Position numbers and translations under genes: made by a program. Shown here one piece after another: positions 1 to 11,789 of a DNA stretch of 64,000 nucleotides (its first letter is position 1; every line of letters begins with the position of its first letter). The notes beneath the pieces were generated by a model that ran no database searches, was not told where the DNA came from, and worked only from the letters and a program-made list of their open reading frames with translations. The DNA comes from Amphiscolops sp. MND2022 (Eukaryota): assembly GCA_964187785.1 (NCBI GenBank), contig OZ076409.1, positions 89,344,001-89,408,000 on the forward strand. Reading direction: 5' to 3'.

Positions 1-860
1 CTTTCATTACGATATGAAAGAAGTTTTTGAACCTGTTACTGTAAAACAGGCTGAAGCTACTAAAAACCAGAAACAATTACAAGAAATTGGCCAACAAACC
101 GCAACTATTGAAAATCAGACAAGAGCAATACAACAATCCAGCGATATTTTAAATAAAAGTTTACAAAAGTCAATCAAACAGGGAATACAAGATTATGATG
201 AAATTACGGCTCGTAATAATCCGCTTCTTACGAGTCTTGTTAATTCCAACCAAGTTGTTTCTAGTATCGTTAAGACAGTTTCTAATTTGCTTAATGACAA
301 AAACAAAAGTCATATTGGTTTAGAACCTCTTACGCAATTCGGTGAAGGTAATCCAAATTTATTCATAATTAACCCCCATAATCCGCAACAACTACTACTT
401 AAAGTTTCAACACTGATCTCCTTAAGCAATAACAAAATGTATAATTTAAATGATCCGGGTCTTTCAAAACTTATAACTAATACACAACACAAATAACATT
501 AAAAATATAGGTATTAAATATATAAATTTTTACGTGATATGAATTACGATATAAATTATGGGGATAAAAAATCAAATAGATTTAAATTCATTAAACGTTC
601 ACTTCAATCCTAAATATGAAGTGGATTAAAACAGTTTATTTTCCTTCCATCAGATTCAGATGAGCTTGTAGATCAATTCAAACTACTATATTTTGAAAAA
701 GTAGGAGGTAATGATACTCGAAAAAGTAGGAGGTAATGATACTCCTATGCTTAGTGAACAAATCATGGCAATTACAGATAAGCTCCTGGAATATGAACGC
801 ATTACAACAAATCAACATCAAAACTTGCAAAGCACCTTCGATAATACAAACTCCTTCAGT
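1..860 (+). pseudogene. Conserved Polinton hypothetical protein, fragmented
   Basis: ORF 14-496 plus C-terminal SDSDELVDQFKLLYFEKVGGND..MLSEQIMAITDKLLE, resembling the DPNELxxRLxLL...GN motif of Polinton accessory proteins. Frame broken by a 25-bp tandem duplication (695-744). Confidence 0.5.
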
Positions 861-912
861 TGGCTTGCACGCTTTGCAAGCGCAGCTCCTTCGGTGTGTG
901 TTTCGGCTTTTA

Positions 913-1933
913 CTAAAAAGGATCTGTTTGTGGATTAATGATTTTACACTCCCGTTCAGATTCATTACAAATCCGACATTTTTTACCATTTTTATCTTCT
1001 AGACTGTTTATTAATGAATAATTACATTTTTCTTTCCATGCTCCTTTACACAGATGTTTAAACTCATCATAAGACATACCAAAACCTGCTATGTCTCTGT
1101 ATATATGTTCTACAATTTTCAACGTTGTTGAAATAAAATTATTATATTCGAATTGTTTCTAATTGTTCTTTTAGGCAAATCGAAATATGACTGTTACAAA
1201 TATTAAACATCTAAATCATAATGTCTTCCTCTAGTAAAATATGGGTCTATTAGTTTTTGATTAATATCCAACATATCATTAAACAAAACACAACAAATTT
1301 GAAAATCTTGTATTGTTCTTTCTCCTAGATCTTCTTCCACTGAAATACGCAAAGCGCCTTCGGTATATAAATCGGTATCTTCGGTATCTAAGTTCTTGTA
1401 CCGAAGGGCAGCTTCGCTGTATTGTTCCGGACTCCCCGTAATTATTTTTATTTGTTTTTCATTATCATATAAATGAATTAATTAAAATTTGTTTAATACC
1501 AAATGGGTCTTTCCACAAAATGAAGGACCAGCTATTAATGTTCGATTGAATATATTATTATCAATTTCATGATTATTAGCAATTTCATTATTTAAATTTA
1601 TGTTATCATTCTTTAAATTTATATTATCATTATTTATTTCATTATTATTTTTATCATTTAAATGAACCCTTTTAAGAAGGCATCTCTCGATGTTTTGATA
1701 AATATGTTTTATTGAATTCCTTTTTACAGACTTCACATTTTACTTTTTTATTGAAACATTCTATACATGAACTATATTATTTACCATTTTAATGCTTGTA
1801 AAATTCTGATTCAAAATTTAATACACTCTTAATATCGTTTTTTATTACAACAATCATCACACAGCAAAGTTGACTTTGCTGGCTCCGCATACAATGATTT
1901 TTCACTACTTTTATCACAAATTAAACACTTCAT
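913..1933 (-). pseudogene. A32/FtsK-like DNA packaging ATPase 1 with Cys-rich/zinc-finger-like N-terminus
   Basis: Walker A GPSFCGKT (1506-1529), Walker B-like CCVLFNDM, FTRGRHYDLDV, QSYFDLPKRTIRNN. Upstream CEVCKKEFNKTYLSKH and MKCLICD. Several stops/frameshifts. Confidence 0.8.
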
Positions 1934-2272
1934 TTATTTGGTAAAAAATTGCTAAATCACTAAGCAAATTCACCAAGAGCATATCTTCTTAAGTGTAGCA
2001 TTTATGCTTAGTGCTCAAATATATGCTCTTAGTGAATGTAAAAATCACTAAAAAATCAAACCCAATTTTTTAGATAATTCATATGAAAATTTTAACATTT
2101 AGTAGTTGCGAAGCCAGTTTTGCTGTATCTGATTGTTCAATTATTATATTCCTAAATTCCTCTTTAATTCAGTCTGAAATTAGTGGTTGTTGCATACGCT
2201 CTATATAATTGTCTATTTTAGATTCATTCACGTTTATTCGATTTTGTTTACAATAATATACATAATACTAAG

Positions 2273-3115
2273 CTACATTAAAGGTGTTATTTCACTTGTT
2301 TGATCTGACATCTCTTTTAAAAAAACTTTTAATCTATTATATTCTTCACCTGTAAAAAAAAAACAACGTTCATATTTTACATAAACTTCAGGACTCCATT
2401 TATGTTTAGTTGTATCATATTCTACCTGATACTTCTGGTTGAGTGTTTTATACTTTCGTGATCTAGTATCAAATTCAATTACACCAAATTCTAACTGACT
2501 ACGATATTGTTTCCAATTAGGTTCTTTTATTCTATAAGTGCTTACTATTGTTTCAAAGAAACTATCTGGATTATTTATTGTGATATATAACTTGAAACAA
2601 TTCTCTCTTACAACTGGGAGAACATCCTTTGCATAGTGCGCAAGATAAATAACTTGTATATTATGATGTCTACCAAACCGGAATAAGTCTTCTACTTTTG
2701 TTCTGAGTTGTTTGAATGCACCTGCATCATCCAGTATAACCGTTTTATTAGCAAGTGATTCAATTTCTATTTTTTCTAACTGCAACAAAGTTACATAATT
2801 ATCACTAAACTCAGTCTCCTCTTTACCGAATACTATATAATTTGATTAAGTTTGATCTAAATAATACTTTAGGAAAGATGTCTTACCTGACCCACTGGTA
2901 CCATAAATTAACATATGACAATATGTATGCGAAAGTTGTTCAGATTGAGATACTTCTTCTGGTTGATTAGTTAAATCAGAAAGTTTAAATCCTTTGAATT
3001 GTTTTAAGTTTTTGGTATAATTTTTCGTAATGTCTAGGTCTAATATAATACCAATAATTATACAAAGTTTTAATAAAAATTCTACACGATAAAACTATAT
3101 ATTTTTTTTATTCAT
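2273..3115 (-). pseudogene. A32/FtsK-like ATPase 2
   Basis: Walker A GTSGSGKT (2879-2902) in frame with ORF 2273-2788 across one TAA (2846-2848); Walker B VILDD; LFRFGRHHNIQVIYLAH motif. May extend below 2273. Confidence 0.8.
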
Positions 3116-3189
3116 TTATTAGGAAAAATACACAAACCAAACTTGCACTATCACCAATTACCAGAAATTTAAAAATTTTAGATTAATAA

Positions 3190-4113
3190 ATGAAAGAAAA
3201 GAAGAAAAAAATTGCTAAAGAAATATTCTCTCCTGTAATTAGGAAGGTTCAAAGAATTCAAATAGAAACTCACTATAAAGATGAGTGTTGGAGTATCGAT
3301 TTAATTGATCGCTCAAGTTTAGCAAATTACAATAAAAACTATAAGTTTAACTTCACGATAATTGACAATCATACTAAATATGCATGGGCAATCGCTCTTA
3401 AAGATAAATCAGGAAAAAAGTACAACAACTGCATTCAAGAAACTAATCGAAACTAGTAAAAGAAAACCGCAAAAAGACTGGTCCCATAGAGGTAAAGAGT
3501 TTTATTACAAAACCTTTTTACACTACCTAAAAGAGCAAAACATTCAATTTTATTTAACTAATTCATATTTGAAAGCTGTTTTTGTTGAACGTTTCAGTAG
3601 AACATTATTAGATCTAATGAAACAACCATTGTATATTGAAGGTGAAGCTTGTTGGTTGAATCATCTAGATGCTGCTACGGAAAAATACAATAATCGTGTC
3701 CATGGAACTACCAAGATGACACCATTTGAAATGTCAACTAATAATAAACTATATCTTCGTAATAATATTATACCGAAAGCGCTTCGCGTACAGCAAAGCT
3801 GGCTTCGCATACCGAAGGCGCTCAGCGTAGTTTCCCCAAACTTCAAATGGGAGACTATGTAAGAGTTCCTGATAAACGTACACTATACAGTAAAGGTTTT
3901 ACAACAAATTGGAAAAGAGAACTTTTTAAAATACATAAAGTTAACAAAACGAATCCCGTTACATATGGATTAGTAGATAAAAACAACGAACAAATAGAAG
4001 GAAAGTATTGTGAACAAGAACTTTTAGGAAGTGTATTCAACTCTGAATCTAACAACAACACAACGTTAGAAAGTATGAAAATTTTCCATCAATTGGAGTT
4101 ATTATACCTATAA
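3190..4113 (+). pseudogene. Polinton retroviral-like (rve) integrase, frameshifted
   Basis: WSIDLID..IIDNHTKYAW, SHRGKEF (usual SDxGxEF, second catalytic D appears as H), VERFSRTL, YNNRVHGTTKMTPF, GDYVRV..YSKGFTTNW; split over three frames. Confidence 0.92.
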
Positions 4114-4139
4114 AAATTTTGTCAATTCATAAATTTGGT

Positions 4140-5150
4140 TATGTGCCGATAGCTTATGTGCAAAAAGATAAATTTGAGAATCTTGAAAAAGAATTGGAAT
4201 CACAAACCAAATTAATTAACATAAAACTTATAGTCTGATAAATTAGAAAAGTTCAATAACCCACAAAAAAACGAATTACGCACCGAAGGCGCTTTGCCTG
4301 TAGAAAAAATTCAATTTACCAACGATGAAACGCAAATCGTAGTCAATGCAAAGTTATTCTTAGATATGAATAAAAGTATAGAAGATATATAATAAGTTTG
4401 AAATATTTAGAACAAGATAAAAAAATGAATTGTTAGAAAAGAAAAAAGAAGTTTTTTCGGAAGCAGTCAAAAAAGCCAATGAACAACAAGTCATTTTACG
4501 TAATCACTTCGAACGAAACCTTCTTCTGGAATTGGAAAAATGTAAAAATCAAGCAGTTAAAGATACTATTAAATTACCATACAACAAAGGATTGTTTGAC
4601 TCATTTGACAATGAAGACCAAATCTTTAATGAGTACTTATATTTTAGTGATGAATACTTGTTGTAAAAATACGGAACAGAAATACAAACACCAGATGGTG
4701 TGTATTTTTTATCAGACTTGGACTATTCAACAACACACACTGTGTTGAATAGTTTGAAGAAAGACCAGTACAAAGGTATTGTTGACCTTAAATATAGAAC
4801 GAAACTAACGATACTGAGCTCAATTTTAAACTTTTTGAAGAGTGAAGCTTTGCTAATTTGTGAAGCTTTTGAAAACTACTTTGTGAAATTTAAGCCACAT
4901 AAATAGGTGAAAAATTATATCCTTGTTTACGAACCACAAGCTGATAGTTTAGATATGCGATTGAAAGAAATAAATAACTTTAATAATTGAATTCAAAATA
5001 TGAAAGATATTCAAAATTTTTATAATCATGAAGCCAAAATGTATAAACAGATATCTAAAACATATAAAATTATAAACGGTTTAATTCAATCTTTTGATGG
5101 AGTGTTATTATTGGGTGTTTCTTCAACTGCTATCACGTTAAGCATTAAAA
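4140..5150 (+). pseudogene. Small Polinton ORF remnants of unknown function
   Basis: Co-oriented ORF fragments 4430-4666, 4700-4906, 5000-5203 between integrase and capsid; the last has a hydrophobic stretch. No family recognised. Confidence 0.35.
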
Positions 5151-5177
5151 AACATGATTATTTTTTTTTCTATGAAA

Positions 5178-6407
5178 ATGGAACTTTTTTCATTGAAAAA
5201 TAAATATGCTATGGATAAACCTATTCATAAAAGTGATTTTATTAAAACATAGTCCAAATAGTTTAGCGACAATCATTAATAATAATTCAAACATTTCAAT
5301 CAGTTTACCAAGAGAAGATGCTTATATATGTTTACAAAATTCGTATATATCAGTAGATTTTGAAGTACTCAAGCAAGATGATACAAGATACGCCAAAGGT
5401 GATCAGATAAGCTTATTTAATTTTAGGCCTGTTGCTTTATTTTGTGAAGCTAAGCTGACAACCAGTTCGGGGAAACATTTGGAAAAAGTGGATAATTTAC
5501 ACACGGTAAGTTTGTTGAACAAACTTTTAACTAGTGGTCAGCAAACCAGTGAACTGATGTATGGTTTTGAAGAATCACAAGCAACCAGAAGGTTAGAACT
5601 AACTACTAATAAGACAGAGAAAGGAACATTCTTTGTGAACATCAAGCTAATTGATTTATTTGCGTTTGCTGAAAAAGAAAAGGTAGCATATGGATTGGGT
5701 TATACTCTTACTTTAAAACGAAATAATAATAACGATCCCATTATTCGTAGTGCAGGAGTAGATGCTGCAAAAAATGTTATAAAAGATATTGGTTGGTATG
5801 ATCCACATTATACACCTAGCTTAGAAAACCAACAAATTATGACGGATCAGTTATTGAATAAAGATCCAACTGAATTGTATTATATGGAACGGATAGTTTT
5901 TGGAAAAGATGTAAACACTAATAATAACTGGACCTTTGACTTGGGAAATAGGGTGAGTTTACTCCAACTTTCGTCAAATTTGATTTTCAAGCTACAAATA
6001 AAATTGATTCGCAAACACATGATAATGCAAAATTTGACCGTTCACCTATTTCAAATGCTGTTTGTAAAATAGGATCAAAAAAATCTCCTGTAGATGGAAC
6101 TGAATGTGATTATGGTAGAGACAACTACCGTGAAGCATATCAAGAAATAGAAAACTTCTATCGATTGCATGCAGAAACTAGCCTATTGAGGCCATTTATT
6201 GAATTTCATAAATTCAGGACAAATTATAGTTTTTATGTATTTGACTTATCCAAACAAAAAGATCATATTGCCAGTCAACCTATTAGATTAGAATTTAAAT
6301 TTAGTGCTGCCATTGATGTAACCGACTATATAGCTTATGCCCTAGTCATAACACCCAAGCTGATAAGTATCAGCAGTGATGGACAAAGGCATTTCGGTTC
6401 GATATAA
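5178..6407 (+). pseudogene. Double-jelly-roll major capsid protein (Polinton/adintovirus hexon-like), frameshifted
   Basis: NNNSNISISLPREDAYICLQNSYI, IKLIDLFAFAE, LTLKR, IGWYDPH, PFIEFHKFRTNYSFYVFDLSKQ..IRLEFKF..AYALVI follow the Polinton DJR capsid pattern; ORFs 5206-6072 and 6165-6407. Confidence 0.78.
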
Positions 6408-6621
6408 GAACTAATATTATGAGAAATAAATTTATAAATAATAACAATAAGAATCATAGTTTATGATAATGATAAAGAATCTCTGATAAGGAATCTTTGA
6501 TATAAGTATAAAATGATGAAAAATATAATATTAAAAATAATAATGAGTACTTAAAATAATAATGATATTAAAATAATAATAATATAAGCGAAGCTGTATA
6601 CCGAAGGTGCTTTGCATATAA

Positions 6622-9600
6622 TTATAAAAGATGTGCTCGATCACCTATCAATTTCAAAAGCTGTTGATGGTTCAGGGTTTGTTTCCAATAACAAACTTCC
6701 CAATATACTTTTTCTTCTGTTTTATCTTTAGTAAGTTCATCATAATACAATCTAATGAGTTTTATTCAAAGTATACAAGGACAATATCCACTTTGTATAT
6801 GTTTCTTCCATGGGAGACTTTGGGTTGCGTTCAAATACATTCTTTTATCATCAAATGGATTCAAAGCTAGCTTATCGTGCTTCTGGGCAGTTAAATTGTG
6901 AGCATCCGATCTAATTGAATAATTAGTTGCAGTTGTTGTTTGAGAATTAAATAATGAAGTAATATAACTTTCTTTCTTGGGAGACATTTGGATTCCTTTT
7001 TGTTTAGAATTTTTTTGATATTAAAAGAATAGTCGTATGACTTTGATCTCAAAGCTATGAAGTTGTCTAATTCAATAATTGGTGGTGTTTTCAATTTCAT
7101 TTTACCTATAACTTTCGTATTCGTTATATCGTATAATTGATGGTTTTTATCCCATTCACTGAAATCAAAGACATCTTTGCAATATTCCAAGTCTTTTAAA
7201 AGGTTTGTAGTTCTCATAGATAAGATAAAAGAATCTGTATCCATATAATGCAGTTTAATTCTACCGTTATAATATGGTTGAAATTTGAGATAATAAAACT
7301 CATACAATACCAATTTACTCAGCTCTAAAACACTAAATCCTAAATATATAGGTTTATCAAAGACTGTCTTTTCTTTGTCATATTTGTTTAAGCTAAAATC
7401 ATTGTGAGGTTGTGATATTCTTTTGAAGCCTAACTTCGATTGTCTTTTCAATATTTGATCATTTTCAGTATGAGGGATAATCTCTATAATTGTTCTTTCT
7501 CTTCCATTTTCCATAGTCTTACCAAAAAAAGCATTGTTCATTAATTTAAAAAGATCCTTTTCAAAGTTTGTTTTTGCTTGGGTGCGTTTTTGGGTGTTAT
7601 GATTAATATGTTTTTCTAACCAAAGTGATTGTTTGATTCTGTAAATCGTATGTATCTTCGTCACTTTTATCCCCAGATTGGTTTGTAATTAGGTGCTTTT
7701 TCACTATTCATATAATCTGAGAAAAGATCAGGATCTGCTTTTGTTTGATAAGGACAAAGAGGAAAGTTTTCGGTTTTTACTTTGAAATCAGCTGGATATT
7801 TTAAATAGCATTCTATAAAGTAACCATATTGATTATCATCTGGTGTACTCAAATTGTCTTTAATTTCATCAAGTAATTCATCACACTGTACCGAGTCATC
7901 ATTTTCTAAAAACATTATCTTTCTAAAGTCTCCACTAGGAAGGTATTGACTCATTGCCCATCCATAAAATTCTTTGCATCAATGTATAAAAATGTTGTAT
8001 TTTCATCTGATTCAAGATAACGAGGTCCCATTACACTTGAAATTCCTTCACGGATAATATTTTCAAGTAGTAGTAATAATTCTTTATCTTTTATGAAATC
8101 TAGTTTGATTTTGGTTATTTTCAAATCAGCTTTCCATTTATAACCAGGTAGAGAGTAGGAGTACAAAGGATTGATGCTGTATTCAAGTGTAGCCTTCTCA
8201 ACAAAGCTTTCGAATACATCAGCTAATTGTAAAACATCCATTTTTAAGTATAACAAAGTTAATTCTTGTCCGTTTTTTTATCATATTTTTAAATAAACTC
8301 TTGTGTTCGGTTAATTTCTTCATCTGGTGGAGTTTTTTGTTTTAGTGTTGACAAGAAGTTTTCTTTTTTTTTAGATTTAATGATTCTTGGAAATTACTGA
8401 GATTAAGGTATTCACAAGGATAAGCCAATTTCTTCTTGAGTAATTCATCCTCGAGAAATTTTTCTTCGCAATTGTTGGAATCTCAAATAGCGAAATTGTC
8501 TAAACTTTTTACTTATTTATCCAAACTAGAAGAAAGAAAACAGTGTGAATCTAAGAATCTTAAACAACCTACTTGTACACTAACATAATTTTCCTTTGAC
8601 TTTGGAAATATTTTTGGTTCATATCCCATTTTGTAAGCTTGTGTTAAGAGTTCTTCAAATGTAAGATGACAATCATACCCGGAAAAGTTTTGGAAAAACA
8701 TAGGAACAAAACTTGATTGCTTTTGTTTTACATTTTTGTTACATTTTGAAAGGGCTGCTCCTCTGTATTTTTCGGTTAGATGATCATGATCTCTGACCCT
8801 ACGCAAAGCGCCTTCCGTACCTTCATTAAACGGTTGTTCTCAAAGCCAACACTCTTCTGCAAGTTGAAATGATTCTTCTTCTTCAGGAGTCATTTGTAAT
8901 TCTAAGTTTGTTTTAAAATATTTATTTGCTTCTTGTTGTAATTTAAACATTTCCTTTACAAACTATTCATTACAATCCGTTCCAAAGTATGAATTATACT
9001 TGTTTCCAAATGGTGAAATTACATAAAATCCTACTGCAATTGGAATTTGTTTGAACAATACTTTGGCGTCTTCTTCAGGTTGATTAGTACATTCAAAATC
9101 TGCATATACTCTTATTGGTAAAGGAACTTTCATATAGTGATATTCAAATTTTAGGTGATCCTTCCAACTGAATGTGATATTAGTCGGTTGTTGATTTATA
9201 CATATTTCCATATGATCAAGTAGAACCGATTCTGAACTGAATGCTGTTAGACATCTTCTATATACATGTTTCATGTGTGAACTTTTATTTATTAGACAAT
9301 GCAACTTTGTTATTAGACAAAAGTGATTTTCATATAATAGTATTTCTATTTGTGGTTGATCAAAGTTCGTATTTATGTGGATTGGTGTTAACACAGTTCC
9401 AGTGAGTTCAAATACAATTATATTTATTCTATTAAATCTTTCAAACTTAGGTATGTCTTTGACTTTCATTGGGAATTCTAAACCTTGTAGGTTGAGTTTA
9501 AGAAAATATATTGAATAACTTGATGTTTTAGTTTTATTATTCTCAACGGGATATAAATATGCTATTATACTCCACAAAAAACAAAATTGATCTTCGTTTT

Positions 9601-10366
9601 TTATATTTATAATTGACTGATTCTTTTTATATTTTGGTGGTAACTCAATATATGAAGATGCTTGAATATCAACATTTTTATATATTTCTAATATATCTTC
9701 TCCAATTTCTTGAAATTGAAAACCTGATTCTTCCAATTGTTCATCATCTAATTTCTGCATTAATGAATTATGAACATGCGAAGCACCTTCGGCTTCTTGA
9801 TCCAAGTAATTACACTTTAAATCTGATTTAACCCATCTTTTAAATACTTCTTCTCCATTAATAATTTTTGAAAACTTAGCTAAATAAATCAATTGAAACT
9901 TGTATCGGGGGAAGAAATTAGTTCTTAGCAAATTGTTAATCTGTTCTTCGAGATTTTCAGTTGGATTTATTTTGAGTTTAATGTATGTTCTTTCATTCAT
10001 ATTTAAATCTACTCCGGAGGCGCTCTACGTATTATTATCAAATTGCACCGAAGGGTGCTGTGTACCTGAGGCGATTTGCGTATTTTGCTGATTAGTTTGT
10101 TTATTTCTTAGGTGAATTTCACTTTGCAAATGTCCTGTTTTATCAGATATGTATTTATTACAATCTTCACACCATACTTTATTATGATGGTTTTTATGAT
10201 AATTTGAACTTAAATGAGAACTTTTATGTGAGATATGCATATATAAATTACAATTTTTACACATATATTGATTTATTTTTTCTTGATGTTCTACTGATTT
10301 TATATGATGTGATGTGAAGTATTTTTTATAATCTAAATTACAAATTCTACATTTCTCCCTTTCTAT
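6622..10366 (-). pseudogene. Protein-primed family B DNA polymerase with N-terminal zinc fingers and EndoVII-like insertion, fragmented
   Basis: YMDTDSF, KLMNNAFFGKTMEN, LYIDAKN, VYADFE, NFSGYDCH, ALNPFDDKR, RDHDHLTEKYRGAA..CN, SSYIELP..NIKNEDQFCFLWSII, and CxxC...HxxSxxH fingers at 10100-10350. Confidence 0.93.
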
Positions 10367-10967
10367 TTATTTAGGAAAAATAGTCTAATTAAAAATTTTT
10401 CAATAAAAATTTTTCAAAAAATTGGTGAAAAATTTTTCATTTTTCTTTACCTGGGGTTCAAGGTGTGAAAATTTGTCAGAGAAAAATTTGTTCATAGTTT
10501 TGGATGTCTCCAGTTTTGTCTTATGACTTTTCACGGTAGGACCAACCAGTCTCGAGAAAATTGAGAAAAACCTATTTTTTACACCTGTTTTGACAGGTGC
10601 TGATTACTGGGTTTGGGTTATAGAAAATTTCATTTTTGAAATATGTTTGTCGCAATTTTGTCCATAACTTTGATGGCCTGAGTCGGTATAGTAAGATGAC
10701 TCAGTTTCGAGAAAATTGAGAAAAACCCATTTTTCACACATGTTGGGGCTGGTGGTAATCAGTGGGTTGTGTTCAGAGAAAGCGTTCAGAAGAAAAAAAA
10801 TGTGTAACTTTTGATTATCTACAAGTTTTGTTTCCATGAATTTTGTCTGAAATTGTTTCCCGTTGAGATAATAAACAAAAAATGTTTTCCCATGTTTTAA
10901 GATAAGGTATAATTCACTAAGTCATGAAATAACTTGCTTGGAATTTATACTCGGTGAAACAAAAATG

Positions 10968-11020
10968 CAAACCAAAATTCAAACCAAAACCAAAACTCAA
11001 ACCAAAACCAAAACTCAAAT
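10968..11020 (+). repeat. Short CAAACCAAAAC-type tandem repeat in the putative Polinton terminal region
   Basis: Repeated CAAACCAAAACCAAAACT units. Confidence 0.6.
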
Positions 11021-11552
11021 AATTTCAGAAATTATCAGAAGTTCCGATTTGGTTTGAATCCTTTGATCTACTTTCATGTTTCTCGAGTGTGAAATGTAAG
11101 TGACACTTCACTACACATTTTGTCAATTGAATTGAATTAAATTGGATTGCACATGTTACACTTTCCATTTTCTATACGCGTTCGGTATGAAAGTTTTGCT
11201 TTACACTTATTACTACTATAGAGGTAAGTGAATTTTTCTTTTATGACAAAATTTTCCATTGGAGAAGTTTGTTATTTGATTTTTATTTTGTTAACTTTTT
11301 AGTAGTGAAAAAACGCTAATTTTGATGATATACCGTGAAAATATGCTTGTTTTTGTTGTCTGTTTATATTTGAAGAAATTGTATCTGAATCGGTAATTCG
11401 CATACTACTCTACGGATTTAGAATCTCATTTGAAGTAATAGTGACGAAAAAAACGTGTATTGATGAAAAAAGTGATTAGATAATTTTTGATAAAATTTAC
11501 TGTTCAGCAACTACTAAACATAGACTTCTGACTTTCTTGAAGACATCTTTTC

Positions 11553-11789
11553 ATGCGCCTTAAAACTACTTGTTATGTTTGGAGACGACTTCGTTTGGAT
11601 ATCAAAAGAAAAGTTTTGGAGAAAGAAGCAAATGGTACAACCTTTTTCCATCACTTGGCACTCAGAACTGGACCTAAATTTATGAAAAGAATGATCAATT
11701 ATCTGCCCAATGGGATGAGTTTGACTGATGACGTTTTTCTCGATAACAGTTGTCAAAATCCACTCATGGCGGCTGCTGGCAATGCTCAG
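11553..11789 (+). CDS. Ankyrin-repeat protein, first recognised coding exon
   Basis: NGTTFFHHLA and CQNPLMAAAG ankyrin-like motifs; CAG|GTAAAT donor at 11790, phase 0. True start uncertain. Confidence 0.6.

Larger units (their letters stand above)
1..11217. mobile_element. Decayed Polinton/Maverick (adintovirus-like) element, left end outside the window
   Basis: Co-located pPolB, rve integrase, DJR capsid and A32-like ATPases in intronless AT-rich DNA, all broken by stops/frameshifts. Right boundary tentative, at ...TTATTACTACT (11217), resembling Polinton (AGT)n/(ACT)n termini. Confidence 0.9.

Noticed and set aside
3771..3829. Mini-CRISPR or tRNA fragment
   Set aside because: Units abut without spacers and there is no cloverleaf; treated as part of the micro-insertion family.
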